This document shows, piece by piece, positions 1 through 14,700 of a stretch of 64,000 bases of DNA. The notes beneath the pieces are model-generated. The model was not told where the DNA came from. It searched no databases and saw nothing but the letters and a program-made list of their open reading frames with translations. The position numbers were made by a program, and so were the translations under genes. Positions within the stretch are counted from its first letter, which is position 1, and each line of letters opens with the position of its first letter. The DNA is from Macrostomum lignano (taxonomy: Eukaryota), in assembly GCA_002269645.1 (NCBI GenBank), contig NIVC01002092.1, positions 124,001 to 188,000 on the forward strand, written 5' to 3'.

Positions 1-1466
1 TGCAGAGATGGCAACTCTACCCATTCCACTGACTCCTGAGCACAGGGGGTGTACAGCTGTGGCCCTGACTTTCTAATCGTCAGGCATGTACACTCGCTGT
101 GTCTTGGGGGTTGGGGGTTAACGACGATATGTATCGAAAATTACTTTGATTTCGCTGACACAGCGAATCAGAATTCAAATCGGTGCCACCGCCGAAGTTA
201 GAGTGGAACCCGCTCTCCTTCCCCAGATCGTTAAAATGACACCGCCAATCAGTGCTGAGACCTTTCGAAGTGGCCAGATTTTATTCATTATGACGGCCAG
301 ACTCAGTGGTTTGCAGTGGCCGGCCAAGTCCTGTGATTGCATTACCCCATCGGCCTAAACTGTCACACTAAACGCCCCCCGGGCCCGGCGTCAAGCGTCA
401 ACAAGGCGAGCGCGGGCACGGGTCGAACCGACTCTCCCAGGGATCAATACGATTTTGCCAGGACGGGGAACTGGTGTTGGGGCCTGAGCTCTATGGCCAA
501 AGACGCCGCAGAGGATGAGTAGGAGAATGCAGCGGATCAGGGGACGGGTGGGGTAAGGGAGAGGATGTAGGGATTCCCGAGACCAAGGAGACCTTGAACT
601 GAGATTCTGGAGTGTGTCAATTCCCCCCCCCCGAAATTCTCGTATACAGCCAATCTGCTCATTCTACCGTCAGCTTCAAGCATGAAAAACTTTACAGTAT
701 TCATTTTATGTCGAATGTGTGTTGCATGTGAAATATATAATTTCTGTTGAATTGAAGTAAAACTAGCCTTATAGAGTTGTCAATCCAGATTTTGGTTCTT
801 GGTGTCCCTGCCGTCAGCCGGGCTCGGGCAAGATTATTAACCTGTCAGGACGCGTTAAGCTGCATCGCTTCGCATCGGAGGAGCCCGGCAGGGACCGGGT
901 GCCGCCCGCCGCCTTGGGGATATTGGGAGAGAGCAGAGACGGAGGCGGCGACATCGAGCTGGTTTCCCGGACTGCCGGGTCAGAGAGTGATAGTGGATGC
1001 GACGGATTCAGGATGATATACAGGAGCGCCTCCTGCTGGTCCGCTCCAGCCCCGATTTTATGGCCCAGCCAGGAATTAATTACCTCTGGGCTGCGGGGGA
1101 CTCCGCTACAGACTGCTGCCTGGGCGAGGCGCTAGCAGACTGCCCCCCCCCGAGTTTGAGTAGAAGCTCGTGGAAGCTCATGATTTAACCGGCAGGAGGC
1201 AGCAATCGGAGCATGAAGCAAATGTTGAAAGGCAAAACACTTCTGCATTTGCTTCCTGACCGTTCCCAGGGGCTGCTCTTTGAGTAGGCTGAGGTCTCGA
1301 GGGACAACCGGCTTCGAACGAGTGAGAATGAAGACGGGGGACTTGCGGCAGCGAAGATTGTCTGTGAGACGGCTTAGGAAGCTGGAAGGGGGTGCTTGAG
1401 CTTAACTGCTGTGAGATAATGCGCCAGAGGTGAGAGGTTAAATGAAAAGGTTAGCAAAGACGGACT

Positions 1467-2157
<691 letters not shown>

Positions 2158-2523
2158 GATCAGCCATGTCTGGCTCCAATCGGCAGGCGGCAAGCCAGGC
2201 GGAATCAAGGATCCCTGAGCAAAGCTATTTGAGTCTTCCCAAACTTCTCCTCCCATTTCCAGTCTCCTGGCGGTCAGTCTAGCGAGCCACAAGGGGGGAG
2301 GGCAGCGCAAACAGAGCCTTCGATTTCAGCAGCGGAGGCAGCTCACCGGCTTGTTTGGCGTGTAGTTTTGCTAATTGAGATTTTGGCACGGCAGCTGCCC
2401 GCCCCCATTGCTGGATTAATTCTGTACCCCAGCTGGCTGCGCTCTCCCATGCGCACTGGGTTGCGAAGGGAACTTTGGAATGAAAATACACTGCTTTAAC
2501 TGTTTTGGTTGTACCTTTGAGCG

Positions 2524-2760
2524 GAGATGGAGGTAGAGAGGAGATGAGGCGGAGAGTGGAGATGAGGCGGAGAGTGGAGATGAGGCGGAGAGCGGAGATG
2601 AGGCGGAGAGTGGAGATGAGGGGGAGAGTGGAGATGAGGCGGAGAGTGGAGATGAGGCGGAGAGTGGAGATGAGGCGGAGAGTGGAGATGAGGCGGAGAG
2701 TGGAGATGAGGGGGAGAGTGGAGATGAGGGGGAGAGTGGAGATGAGGGGGAGAGCGGAGA
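2524..2760. repeat. 18-bp minisatellite ggagatgaggcggagagt
   Basis: About 12 copies. Confidence 0.9.
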
Positions 2761-3593
2761 AGAAGGACAATAGCAGAGATGGAAGGGAGAGAAGAGAGTC
2801 CAGATTTGCTGGCTAATGTGAAGCAGAGGCATCGGGTACACGCGTAAGCAGCCAGAAATGTCGGCCAGGAAAGCGAAGTTCTAGAAAAATCATTCGACAC
2901 CTCTGTCTCTCTCTCTCACCTTCCAGGGGTTCAGCCGCCATCGAGGTCAGCTATCGGCGATGCCGGAGATTGTTCAGCAGTTCAGGAACTGGGCGGTCTC
3001 AGTTTTGCAGTCCTGCAGCGTTCGATACGGAAGCCTCCGAGGTCACGGCTGCCGCAGCCGCCGCCATCGCCGCAGCCGCGACAGCTCGCAACACCGTGGA
3101 ATGGAGTTCTCGCATTGGAATCAGCCTCGGCAGCTCGCGAACGGCATCGCAGCTTCTGGGTATTTCTCCGCTTCCGCTCCCACCGTCATTCATCAGGCCA
3201 ATTTTGCTGCTTCAGGGAAAAAAGCAGAAATTCCCAGGCCTGGGCAAACTGCAGGCCAATTGCTGGTTGCTGACCTTTGCGCTGAAGCAGCGATCCCAGA
3301 CCCGCTCCCCGAATTCCCATTTGGGGAACAAGCGGACTTCTGTTCCCTGGGAATTCTCCGCACCCACTATGCGTCGCTCTGATCTTCATAAAAATTTGTC
3401 TAGGTAGCGATTTTCGAATGTATGGCTACAGGTCTCTTGCAGGGGTGCCAGCCATTTTATTTCATTGGGCGCCAAATCTACAGCAAGGGATTAGATGGAG
3501 CCTGAGTTTTAGGCCACCGCTGTACGTACGCTGATGAACGTGTTATTAATTTTTTATCACCCCTGGCTCCGTGAGCCCAGGGCCGACGCTATG

Positions 3594-3603
3594 ATAGACA
3601 GGC

Positions 3604-3648
<45 letters not shown>

Positions 3649-3655
3649 GGCAGGC

Positions 3656-3688
<33 letters not shown>

Positions 3689-3825
3689 GGCAGGCAGGCA
3701 GGCAGGCAGGCAGACAGACAGACAGACAGACAGGCAGACAGACAGACAGACAGGCAGGCAGGCAGACAGACAGACAGGTAGGCAGACAGACAGACAGACA
3801 GACAGGCAGGCAGGCAGACAGACAC

Positions 3826-3876
<51 letters not shown>
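3594..3876. repeat. (CAGA/CAGG)n microsatellite
   Basis: Read directly. Confidence 0.95.
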
Positions 3877-4259
3877 GGCTATCCTATTCTAATTGGCTGA
3901 GCTTACCGCTCTGGAAAATCCCCATTCGAAAGAAGGTTAGTCAGTGTCGAGTGGTTACAAATCTCCCAAAGGGTTAAGCATCGAAGTTTCAAATCTTCCA
4001 AATAGCTGAATGGCCTGTTTTTGTAAGAAATCTTGTTAGCGATCCCTCAGGGACACTGGGAAGAGGGGGTGGAGCCCTGGAAGGCGGAAGAGGCCGACCC
4101 CCCGCTGAGGCGGAGGCTGACTGACGGGAGCGACTGATTTCTGGGCTGAAGATACCAAACTGACTGCTAATCTGTTGGCGAAAAAATCAGTTTGCTAATA
4201 GGCTCCAATCCGAAGATGGCAACTACACGCTACACTCGTGATATTGAAAATGAAGATCT

Positions 4260-4443
4260 TCGCCATAGCCATAGCCATAGGCATCCTTAGCCATAGCCAT
4301 AGACATAGCCATAGTCATAGCCATAGCCATAGACATAGCCATAGCCATACCCATAGCCATAGCCATACCCATAGCCATAGCCATAGCCATAGACATACCC
4401 ATAGCCATACCTATAGACATAGCCACAGCCACAGCCATAGTCA
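4260..4443. repeat. (CATAGC)n hexamer repeat
   Basis: Read directly. Confidence 0.9.
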
Positions 4444-5321
4444 TAGGCCATTGGCATCCATGGCTACAGACAGGGCTCAGACCAAAACCCAATTCAATCT
4501 GTCCAACCAGAGAGTAAGCACTATCAAAGTGACAAGTCCGGAAATAGCCACCCTGCCAAACCCTGCGCCAAGGAAGGCACCAACTACCAGCGAGTCAGCC
4601 GGGAATCAAATGACTAATTCAATAGGCCAGGCGGAGAAGTTAATGATTTTTCTCTCGCCCGCGAACCCCAGCGCTAATTTAAGAAGCAATACACTTAAAC
4701 TCCAATTGGCGTGACTAGGAATTGATGCGGTGCCAAAGCACCCGCTGGTGGTAAATCGGTAGTTTGGGAGAGCAAATTAAGGCATTGCAGCTCCCCCATT
4801 GGAATCGCCATCATTGCCAATGCCAGGTCTGCGGCCGGTTTCACTGAGGACCCCCCGCCGGGCGTGTGAATTTGCCTACACCGTTAAGAGATGAGGCCGG
4901 AGCAGCTTGAGACATTGTGGGGAGGGGGGTGGAGGACGGCGGGGTCTTGATGGAATGAAAATAGAGAGCGGAGCGGCAACAGGCACCGCGACTCTCTTTC
5001 CCTCGTTGCTTCAACTCTGCAGAGCAGCTCCTCTGTTATGCAGTAGTGGCGCATTTTTAGATTGCCAAAAATCCACGAGACTCTTCAAGTTCTCCATCCG
5101 ACAGGTTAGCGGCCAAATGCTGAAATTTTGTAAGCGACAGAAAGACAATAGGGAAATGAAGAGTTAGCGAGAGTGAGGGAGACAGTGGCAGCTCTGGACA
5201 GAAATCCTGCGACTGTGGCTGTATAGCACAGGTTGGCTGTGTCAGTTAAAATCAATTTGTGACTGCTGTCTTTGCAATCCGCTGCATTGACGTGCATAGG
5301 ATGTGATGATCGGCAGGCTTT

Positions 5322-5785
5322 GTGTGTGAACTGCTGGCTCTGGGTGTGATCTGCTGGCTCTGTGTGTGATCTGCTGGCTCTGGGTGTGATCTGCTGGCTC
5401 TGGGTGTGATCTGCTGGCTCTGTGTGTGATCTGCTGGCTCTGGGTGTGAACTGCTGGCTCTGGGTGTGATCTGCTGGCTCTGTGTGTGATCTGCTGGCTC
5501 TGTGTGTGATCTGCTGGCTCTGTGTGTGAACTGCTGGCTCTGTGTGTGAACTGCTGGCTCTGGGTGTGATCTGCTGGCTCTGTGTGTGAACTGCTGGCTC
5601 TGGGTGTGATCTGCTGGCTCTGTGTGTGATCTGCTGGCTCTGGGTGTGATCTGCTGGCTCTGTGTGTGAACTGCTGGCTCTGGGTGTGATCTGCTGGCTC
5701 TGTGTGTGATCTGCTGGCTCTGTGTGTGATCTGCTGGCTCTGTGTGTGATCTTCTAGCTGTGTGATCTGCTGGCTCTGGGATCTC
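5322..5785. repeat. 20-bp minisatellite tg(g/t)gtgtga(t/a)ctgctggctc
   Basis: More than 20 copies. Confidence 0.92.
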
Positions 5786-6479
5786 ATTGCATGTATGGCA
5801 GTTATAATTAATTATTATAGCAGTATCACAGAGTATTAAAACTGCAAATTTGAATACAAAATGTCCTTCCCAATTGCAATCTTAGCATGATGGACAGCGG
5901 GCACCGAACTGATCTATAATCGCTGCCCATTCAGAATTTACTGTCTGTATACTCAGAGGAGGAAGGGTGCGAAAAAGAAAAGCCAAGCAAAGCCCGCTGC
6001 CGCCTATCACACCCGCCCCGGCCACAGCCGAATCAAGTAAACAGTGAACATTTCTTTCTTTAGCCCGGAAATCCTGTGGCGCTGAAAGACCTTCTTCTTC
6101 TTCTTCTGCCTGGCAAGAGTCACGGCCACGCCGAAGGCCGAAAGTGTTGAAGGGGGAACGCCGTGGATTAGGCAGATCTGCAGATTCCCATAGACAAGAA
6201 GGGAAGCAGCCACCGCTGCTGAAGCTGAATGGACAGCCGCGCGGCCCGTTGTGTTTTATATATTAAGATTATGACATATGTCTGGCGCTATGCTGTATGG
6301 CGTCTGATGCGTGATGGACCCCGTGGGCATGGCTGGGCCAAGTTCGCCCCAGCAACTGCGAAGTGGAGGGGGGCGGCTCGCCATGTGAAAACATCGTGTT
6401 TGTCGCAAATTGCCAATGATTGCTAATCCATTATTACAGCTTAGCCCTGAACTCTAACAATTAACTACCGATCTTGAAT

Positions 6480-6797
6480 TATGACCTACATCATGAGCCA
6501 TGACCTACATCATGAGCCATGACCTACATCATGATCCAAGACCTACATAATGATCCAAGACCTACATAATGATCCAAGACCTACATCATGATCCAAGACC
6601 TACATAATGATCCAAGACCTACATCATGATCCAAGACCTACATCATGATCCAAGACCTACATCATGATCCAAGACCTACATCATGATCCATGACCTACAT
6701 CATGATCCAAGACCTACATCATGATCCAAGACCTACATCATGATCCAAGACCTACATCATGATCTAAGACCTACATCATGATGTAAGACCTACATCA
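6480..6797. repeat. 19-bp minisatellite atgatccaagacctacatc
   Basis: Read directly. Confidence 0.92.
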
Positions 6798-7877
6798 TAA
6801 ACTACCGATGACTCATGACCTAGATCATGAACAACTGATTATGACTTGCACTGCAGCACCAACTAACAATGAAAATGTACATACAGCATCCCTATAAACT
6901 AAGCATTGCAACGAGCTAATTTGCACAAATCCTTAAAATATATCAATGAAAGCGTATAAATCAGTACCCTTAACTTTCTTACCGCAACCTATGCGGCAGG
7001 ACAGATTCGAGGTGCAGACTATGCATACTGACTAGCCAAATGTTTATCTAAGCATCCTTTGAAAGCATAAAGAATGCATCTACGAAGAAGGATAGTTAAT
7101 TAAACACAACAAAATCAGCTATTCAATCCAGCCAGCATAACTCTGCCCACTTCAATATCATTTTTCCTCAAGATCTATATTTCAGCTACCCATCACCTAC
7201 TAGGACAGAAAAGTGCGCCTGGCATAGAATAGATAGATAGAAGTGAATAATTAAACTTCTGTCGAGGTATAAGTATATAAAATACTATACTAACTACTTA
7301 TAGTACTTGCTGTCAGTAGTACTGGAACATTTGTGACGCTAAACTGCCAAATTTGCTCAATAGGGTAGGCTTTTAGTTCAGTTTTAGCTCAGAAATATTA
7401 CAATAAAAAAGCAACCAAAAAAGGCCAGGATTTTACTTGCTTGCTTAAAGTTAAGTAAAATCATGCTAAAGCATGGACAACTTAAACCATGTATGATTAC
7501 AATATATTCCCATATTAAATGTAGACAAGCAGCAATTCAAAAGACACGAAAAGCAATCAAGTCAAGGTACGCACTAAAAGTTGATTTTTCAATAATTTGA
7601 CAATGACAAAAACGAAAACTGACAACGCTTAATGCAAGCCAGCGTAATTAATTAATGATAAAGGTAAGAAAAAATGGTTAACAGCTGCAAGACACTGAGT
7701 AGTGTGAACAGTAAACTCCAGGAAGACCCAACATCACGGCAAAAATGGAGAGTAAATGAGTTTCAGGTGGACTACAGGTAAAAACTAGATTCTAGGTGCA
7801 GTTTACAGTCAGTTTACAGGCTATTAGGCTGAGATTAGTAGATTTAAATGAACAGTTTAAGATCATATTGGAGTGGT

Positions 7878-8221
7878 TTCAGGGCGATTCTCACTGCGCT
7901 TTCAGGGCGATTCTCACTGCGGTTTCAGGGCGATTCTCGCTGCGGTTCCAGGGCGATTCTCACTGCGGTTACAGGGCGATTCTCACTGCGCTTTCAGGGC
8001 GATTCTCACTGCGGTTTCAGGGCGATTCTCGCTGCGGTTCCAGGGCGATTCTCACTGCGGTTCCAGGGAGATTCTCACTGCGGTTCCAGGGCGATTCTCA
8101 CTGCGGTTCCAGGGCGATTCTCGCTGCGGTTCCAGGGCGATTCTCACTGCGGTTCCAGGGCGATTCTCACTGCGGTTCCAGGGCGATTCTCACTGCGGTT
8201 CCAGGGCGATTCTCACTGCGG
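7878..8221. repeat. 23-bp minisatellite cagggcgattctcactgcggttc
   Basis: About 15 copies. Confidence 0.92.
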
Positions 8222-8754
8222 TTATAAGGCGAATCTCAAAGCATATGGACAGTCTAACTTAGCTTGACAATCTAAAGTCAAGCTAAATCACTAAATACGA
8301 GTACAAATGCTATGCATACTAGTCTAACATACACAATATTGATGCAGGTATGCTAAATACTTAAATATATGTCTGAAGATAGATTTTCTATAAAATTTAA
8401 ATATATCAGCTACACTCACTACGCGTAAAGCAGGGAAAACACAAAAAATATTGAACGCAGAGCAATGAGTTGAGCAACACAAGCGCAGATGGAACTGGCT
8501 GAGGAATCTATGCGCAAACAGACGAATTCGAAGCGATCCAAGTCTGACATAATTGTGATCGGGAATGCAGAATATCTCACTATCTAATGGATTAGACGCA
8601 GATCTAAAAATTTAATTTCGGTTTTGGAATGCAATCTAAAAAATAGAAGGTCGACTGCTGCACACAGGCCTTGGTGTACCTAAAACTGAGATTTACAACT
8701 CCAAGACAGTAAGAAAAATCTATTGAAGCAAAAAACTATATATAGTTAAATTTT

Positions 8755-11700
8755 TCAGACGCCGGAAGTGGCATCGGAAGCAGCGCGAACACCGGAAGAC
8801 CCACCGGAAGCTCCGGAAGCGGGACCGGAAGTCGCGTCGGAAGCAGCACCGGAAGCTCCAGAAGCGGCCCCGGAAGCTCCAGAAGCGGGACCGGAAGCAG
8901 CACCGGAAGCTCCAGAAGCGGCCCCGGAAGCAGCACCGGAAGCTCCAGAAGCGGGACCGGAAGCAGCACCGGAAGCTCCGGAAGCGGCCCCGGAAGCAGT
9001 AGCGGCTCCTTGGGCCAGACGATTCCGCACAATAGCCAAATGATTGCGAATATAATCCTCGTTGGGGCCAAGCTGGACAGCCCTGGCCAGGCACTGCTCC
9101 GCCTCGCGCAGCCGGCCGGACTCCACCATGGTGACGCAGAGGTTGTGCAGCGCCTGTGGGCTGGTCGGTTCCAGCTGGTGGGCCTTGTAAAAATAAGCGG
9201 CCGCGCCGGATACGTCTTTGAGATGGTTCAGGTGAATGTCGCCTAGAAGCAGGTGGCCCTTCATGTGGTCCGGATGGTGGCGCAGCAGCGTCTCGGCCGT
9301 CTCCTGAACAATGGCAGAGTATTGGTAGCTCTGTGCTGGCTTAATAAGTACATTTCGATTGGAATTGCGCAAAATTTTCTATACAGGATTGCTAACAAGC
9401 CACATATGATTTCAATGTACTACATCATATGGGTCGCCATCATAAACCCGAAATATCACAAACCCGAAAACAAAAATAGCAACGCCATCATAAATCCGAA
9501 ATATCATTAACCCAAAAAATCAGAACTCCGAAAGCACTTCCCATCATAAACCCGAAATATCACTAACCCAAAATGTCACAAACCCGAAATATCATAAACA
9601 CGAAATATCACTAACCCGAAATATCATAACCCCGAAATATCACTAACCCGAAATATCATAAACCCGAAATATCACTAACCCGAAATATCATAAACCCGAA
9701 ATATCATAAACCCGAAATATCATAAACCCGAAATATCATAAACACGAAACATCACTAACCCGAAATATCATAAACGTAGCGAGTGTTTGGTAGCGAGTGT
9801 TTGATAGCGAGTGTTTGGTAGCGAGTGTTTGGTAGCGAGTGTTTGATAGCGAGTGTTTGGTAGCGAGTGTTTGATAGCGAGTGTTTGACAGCGAGTGTTT
9901 GGTAGCGAGTGTTTGATAGCGAGTGTTTGGTAGCGAGTGTTTGACAGCGAGTGTTTGACAGCGAGTGTTTGATAGCGAGTGTTTGATAGCGAGTGTTTGA
10001 TAGCGAGTGTTTGGTAGCGAGTGTTTGACAGCGAGTGTTTGATAGCGAGTGTTTGATAGCGAGTGTTTGGTAGAGAGTGTTTCATAGCGAGTGTTTGATA
10101 GCGAGTGTTTGGTAGCGAGTGTTTGATAGCGAGTGTTTGATAGCGAGTGTTTGGTAGCGAGTGTTTGGTAGCGAGTGTTTGGTAGCGAGTGTTTGGCAGC
10201 GAGTGTTTGATAGCGAGTGTTTGGTAGCGAGTGTTTGGTAGCGAGTGTTTGATAGCGAGTGTTTGGTAGCGAGTGTTTGATAGCGAGTGTTTGATAGAGA
10301 GTTTATGAGCCGGTTATTTCTTTGAAAACATAGGAGTGGCGCTTGACACAAAAATCGAACTCAGATTTGAATGCAATGAATTTTACAGAAGCACTAGTAT
10401 TACCTTAGCCATAAGCGGCCTGCCCATCTCATTGTGATACATCAGAGCCAAATTGAACAGGGCGCCCCGCATTGCCGGGTCCCGGTGCAGTGCCCGCCTA
10501 TAGTAGAGCTCGGCGGAGCGCAGATCTCGCATGTCCGTGTAAATCATGGCCAAGCTGAACAGCGGGCCCGCATTGTCCGGCTCCAGCTCGGCCAGTTGCT
10601 CCAGCATCTGCTTTGCCGTCTGCCGGTCCGCCCCGCCGGCCGGACTGTCCTGCAGCACCGAGGCCGCGTTGTGCAAAGCCAGCCGATGCCGCGGCTCCGA
10701 CTGCAGGGCCCGACGAAACCAAAACAGGGCTTCGCGTTTCCGGTTGGCTCGCAATTCCAGCACGCCAATGTTGAACAGGATGTCAGCGTGGTCCGGCCGG
10801 TGCTGCAGTGCCAGGTCGTAGTGCCGGCGGGCCTCCTCGGTGCGGTTCATCCGGATCAGCAGGTCCGCCCGGTTCTGGTGCGCGTCGATAAAGTCCGGCC
10901 GCATGTTGATGGCGGTGAGTAGCAGCTGGTCCGCCTCCGCGTAGCTGCAGGGTATGAGGTGCGTATGACCCTAAGTAAACTCGAGTAGTCTATGACCCTA
11001 AGTAAACTCGAGTAGTCTATGACCCTAAGTAAACTCGAGTAGTCTATGACCCTAAGTCAACTCGAGTAGTCTATGACCCTAAGTAAACTCGAGTAGTCTA
11101 TGACCCTAAGTAAACTCGAGTAGTCTATGACCCTAAGTAAACTCGAGTAGTCTATGACCCTAAGTAAACTCGAGTAGTCTATGACCCTAAGTAAACTCGA
11201 GTAGTCTATGACCCTAAGTAAACTCGAGTAGTCTATGACCCTAAGTCAACTCGAGTAGTCTATGACCCTAAGTCAACTCGAGTAGTCTATGACCCTAAGT
11301 AAACTCGAGTAGTCTATGACCCTAAGTCAACTCGAGTTGCTGTCTATAACACTGAATTAACGGGAGCTGGCAAGCTGCTATGAGCCCCGAGTAAACAGGA
11401 GCTGCTGTCTATGACTATGACCCCAAGTAAACAGGAGCTGCTTGTAGAGTGTTCTACCTCCCGTAAAAAGGAAAAAGAAGTTAATCGTAGGATGTTACTG
11501 TAAGTAAGTAAGTACACGCATGCGCACCGGATTTTTGAATGAATCACGCTACCAGAAAAAGAGGTTACCAAGAAAAGACGCAATGAGCCATTTTCCCCTT
11601 TTAGCGCAACACGTGAATTGTAATGATACTATTTTGGACCGAAAAAGCGCCTATAAATACAAGCGGTCCGAAGCGGACCCGGAGCCAACTCCCGACGAGA

Positions 11701-14700
11701 GGAGAAGCTCCGAAGAGGAAGCCTTAGGAGGACTTCCTGATCAACCAAGTCAATCGAGACTCGGTCGAATTGTTGCGGTAAGCCTTCCTTATTTGCGCCC
11801 GTGGTGTTAGAGACGTCTCGCTCAAGTCTAGTGTGACTTGAGTCTAGTTGAGTCTGTTTAGACTCTACTGGTTGCAGTCTCCAGAAGGACTGCCCCTGAT
11901 AGATCTTAGGAGACTATCAGTGGTTTCCGGAGCTATACCTAGAGTGCATAGAGGCACTGCTAGAAGGAGGCTAAATTCAAACCGCAGTTCGGCGCAGGGT
12001 ACCCATTGTTGATACGAGGCCTCTGATTGGTCCTGACTGCAGAAACCGGCCGGAACAACTTCATCGGAAGTACAAGAGGAACCAGGACCAGAGCAACTGA
12101 AGAACCAAGGCGCCTGATCTATCAGATCAACTGAGAGACTACAGACGAGATCTACACGAGATCCACATTGAAGAGATATCTCATAAGGACTCAAGGTAAT
12201 TGAATACCTTCTGTTGACTTACTGGGTTGCCTAGCTACTGAGCTAGAAGTGATTGTTCCTTGATTATCGAAAGTCGGGTAATAAGGAACACATCACTGCT
12301 GTCTATGACCCCGAGTAAACAGAAATCATACAGGGATCAATCAGGCGCTTTAATTATAACAAAAATGTCTTAATAGTGCTGAGAATAGGCCCTTTAAATC
12401 TCATTTAAAAAGTCACCCACTTACCGACTGGTATCATTGGAAATGAGCGTAGCCAAGCTAACATAGGCCTTGAGGTTGGCCGGCGCCACCCTGGCTGTGT
12501 AGCTCTGACCTTTCTTAGGCTGCGGCATCAGCGCCACCGCTTGACGATAGAATTTCTCGGCCATGACTTTGTCGCCCAGAGTGGCATAGGTGCGGGCGAC
12601 GTTCTGGTGGGCTCCGATGTCGTCTGGCTGTACGGAGGCCGCCTTCAGAAAGAATGGCAGAGCCTCTGAGAATCTGCGGTGGGAGGGGCGACTGGCGACT
12701 GTAAAAACAATAACGGGTGCTGGAGCCTCAGTCCCGTGTCTTTGTTATCCCGAACACATCAGTCCCGTGCCTTTATTATCCTGGACAACTCAGTCCCGTG
12801 CCTTTATTATGCCGGACACCAGAGTCCCGTGCCTTTATTATGCCGGACACCAGAGTCCCGAGTCTTTATTATCCCGGACACCAGAGTCCCGTGTCTTTAT
12901 TATCCCGGACACCTGAGCACCGTGTCTTTATTATCCCGGACACCTGAGCACCGTGTCTTTATTATCCCGGACACCTGAGCACCGTGTCTTTATTATCCCG
13001 GACACCTGAGCACCGTGTCTTTATTATCCCGGACACCTGAGCACCGTGTCTTTGTTATTCTGGACACCTGAGCACCGTGTCTTTATTATCCCGGACACCT
13101 GAGCACCGTGTCTTTGTTATTCTGGACACCTGAGTCCCGTGTCTGTTATTCTGGACACCTGAGTCCCGTGTCTGTTATTCTGGACACCTGAGTCCCGTGT
13201 CTTTGTTATTCTAGACACCTGAGTCCCGTGTCTTTGTAATCCCGGACACCTGAGCACCGTGTCTTTGTTATCCCGGACACCTGAGCACCGTGTCTTTATT
13301 ATCCCGGACACCTAAGTCTTGTGGTGCCACCTGACTCCCGGACACCTCAGTCCTGTGGTGCCACCTGACTCCCGGACACCTCAGTCCTATGGTGCCACCT
13401 GACTCCCGGACACCTCAGTCCTGTGGTGCCACCTGACTCCCATGTACTACGGACTATATAACCAGAATCAATGTAGAATCGAATCGCATCAACACAAGCA
13501 CAGAAATACTCACTTCTCAATTTTCTCCAAACTGTGGCCCACATTGTTCCACAGCTTAGCATTGTTGGGATTAACTCGCACAGCAGAGGTAAACAGCGAA
13601 TATTCGTCTTTCCAATCGCAATTTCTGCACAGAGTTTTGCCGGAAAATGCTATCAGAGTCATCAGCAGGCCAAGCCGGCAGACAGACTCGGGCAGTCTGT
13701 GACGCAGCCGGTCGTAGCCAAGCCCAACTAGCAGGCAGAATCCCATACTAGGCAGGTACAATACCCGTTCGGCAATGACAAATCCCACTGGGAAGAACAG
13801 GTTGGAGGCCGGCAGGAACGGCAGGGCCAGCATAGCCAGGCCCAGTCCCACTGGCCAGTTAGCCCTGGACCGGAGCGCCACCCAGACCAGGCCCAGCAGC
13901 CAGGCGTAGAATGCCAGCACCAGGGCGGCCAGGTGCGGCTGGGTCAGCGGAGACTCGAACAGCGGCACGGAGCCCATGGTCCAATCGGCGCACAGAGGCC
14001 AGGGCAGCAGCAGAAGCAGCAGATTCAACGGCAGCAGAAGATTAAAGGTCAATTGTCTAGTAGGAGTTGGTGAATGCGCGGCCGGATTATCGAATCGAGT
14101 GAACACCGGCAGCTGGGCGCCCATGACTCGAATCCGGGCCCACATCAGGCCTGCGGTGGCGCCTAGCAGCAGGGCGCAGCGCGCCAGACTGCGGCGGGAC
14201 CAGGGCAGCTGGCCGGTTGAGAAGGCGGCCACCAGCTGGCCGAGGGTGATGCCACGCCTAGCAACGTAGAGCTCGTGGAATGCGCACACGGCTACCACTG
14301 TGATGGCCTGGAGCGGCATTAGCGTTATGGTCATTGCTAATTGATGCCCTCATTTGTGCGCTTCGGCTCTTACCTTGGATTCAACTTTAGTATCATGACC
14401 CCTGCATGTCTATTCTACCGCACCTGTATTTACCTGATTTCTGGATGTCTATTCTACCGCATCTGTATTTACCTGATTTCTGGATGTCTATTCTACCGCA
14501 TCTGTATTTACCTGATTTCTGGATGTCTATTCTACCGCATCTGTATTTACCTGACCCCTGCATGTCTATTCTACCGCATCTGTATTTACCTGATTCCTGC
14601 ATGTCTATTCTACCGCACCTGTATTTACCTGATTCCTGGATGTCTATTCTACCGCATCTGTATTTACCTGACCCCTGCATTTCTGTTCTACCGCATCTGT

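Noticed and set aside
777-1188. GC-rich stretch with open frames on both strands
   Set aside because: No recognisable domain and no consistent splice sites.
4223-4714. His/Ser-rich or Met/Ala-rich ORFs
   Set aside because: Derived from the (CATAGC)n repeat, with no supporting gene structure.
8720-9094. Overlapping ORFs (PEAAPEA, LLELPV) at the TMTC3 tail, and antisense ORFs over TMTC3, PTPN9, TTLL10, SOAT and APGW exons
   Set aside because: Shadow frames of GC-rich or repetitive coding sequence.
10965-11337. Regular 27-37-bp arrays (also 61727-62150) resembling CRISPR repeats
   Set aside because: Head-to-tail with no unique spacers, and located in eukaryotic introns.
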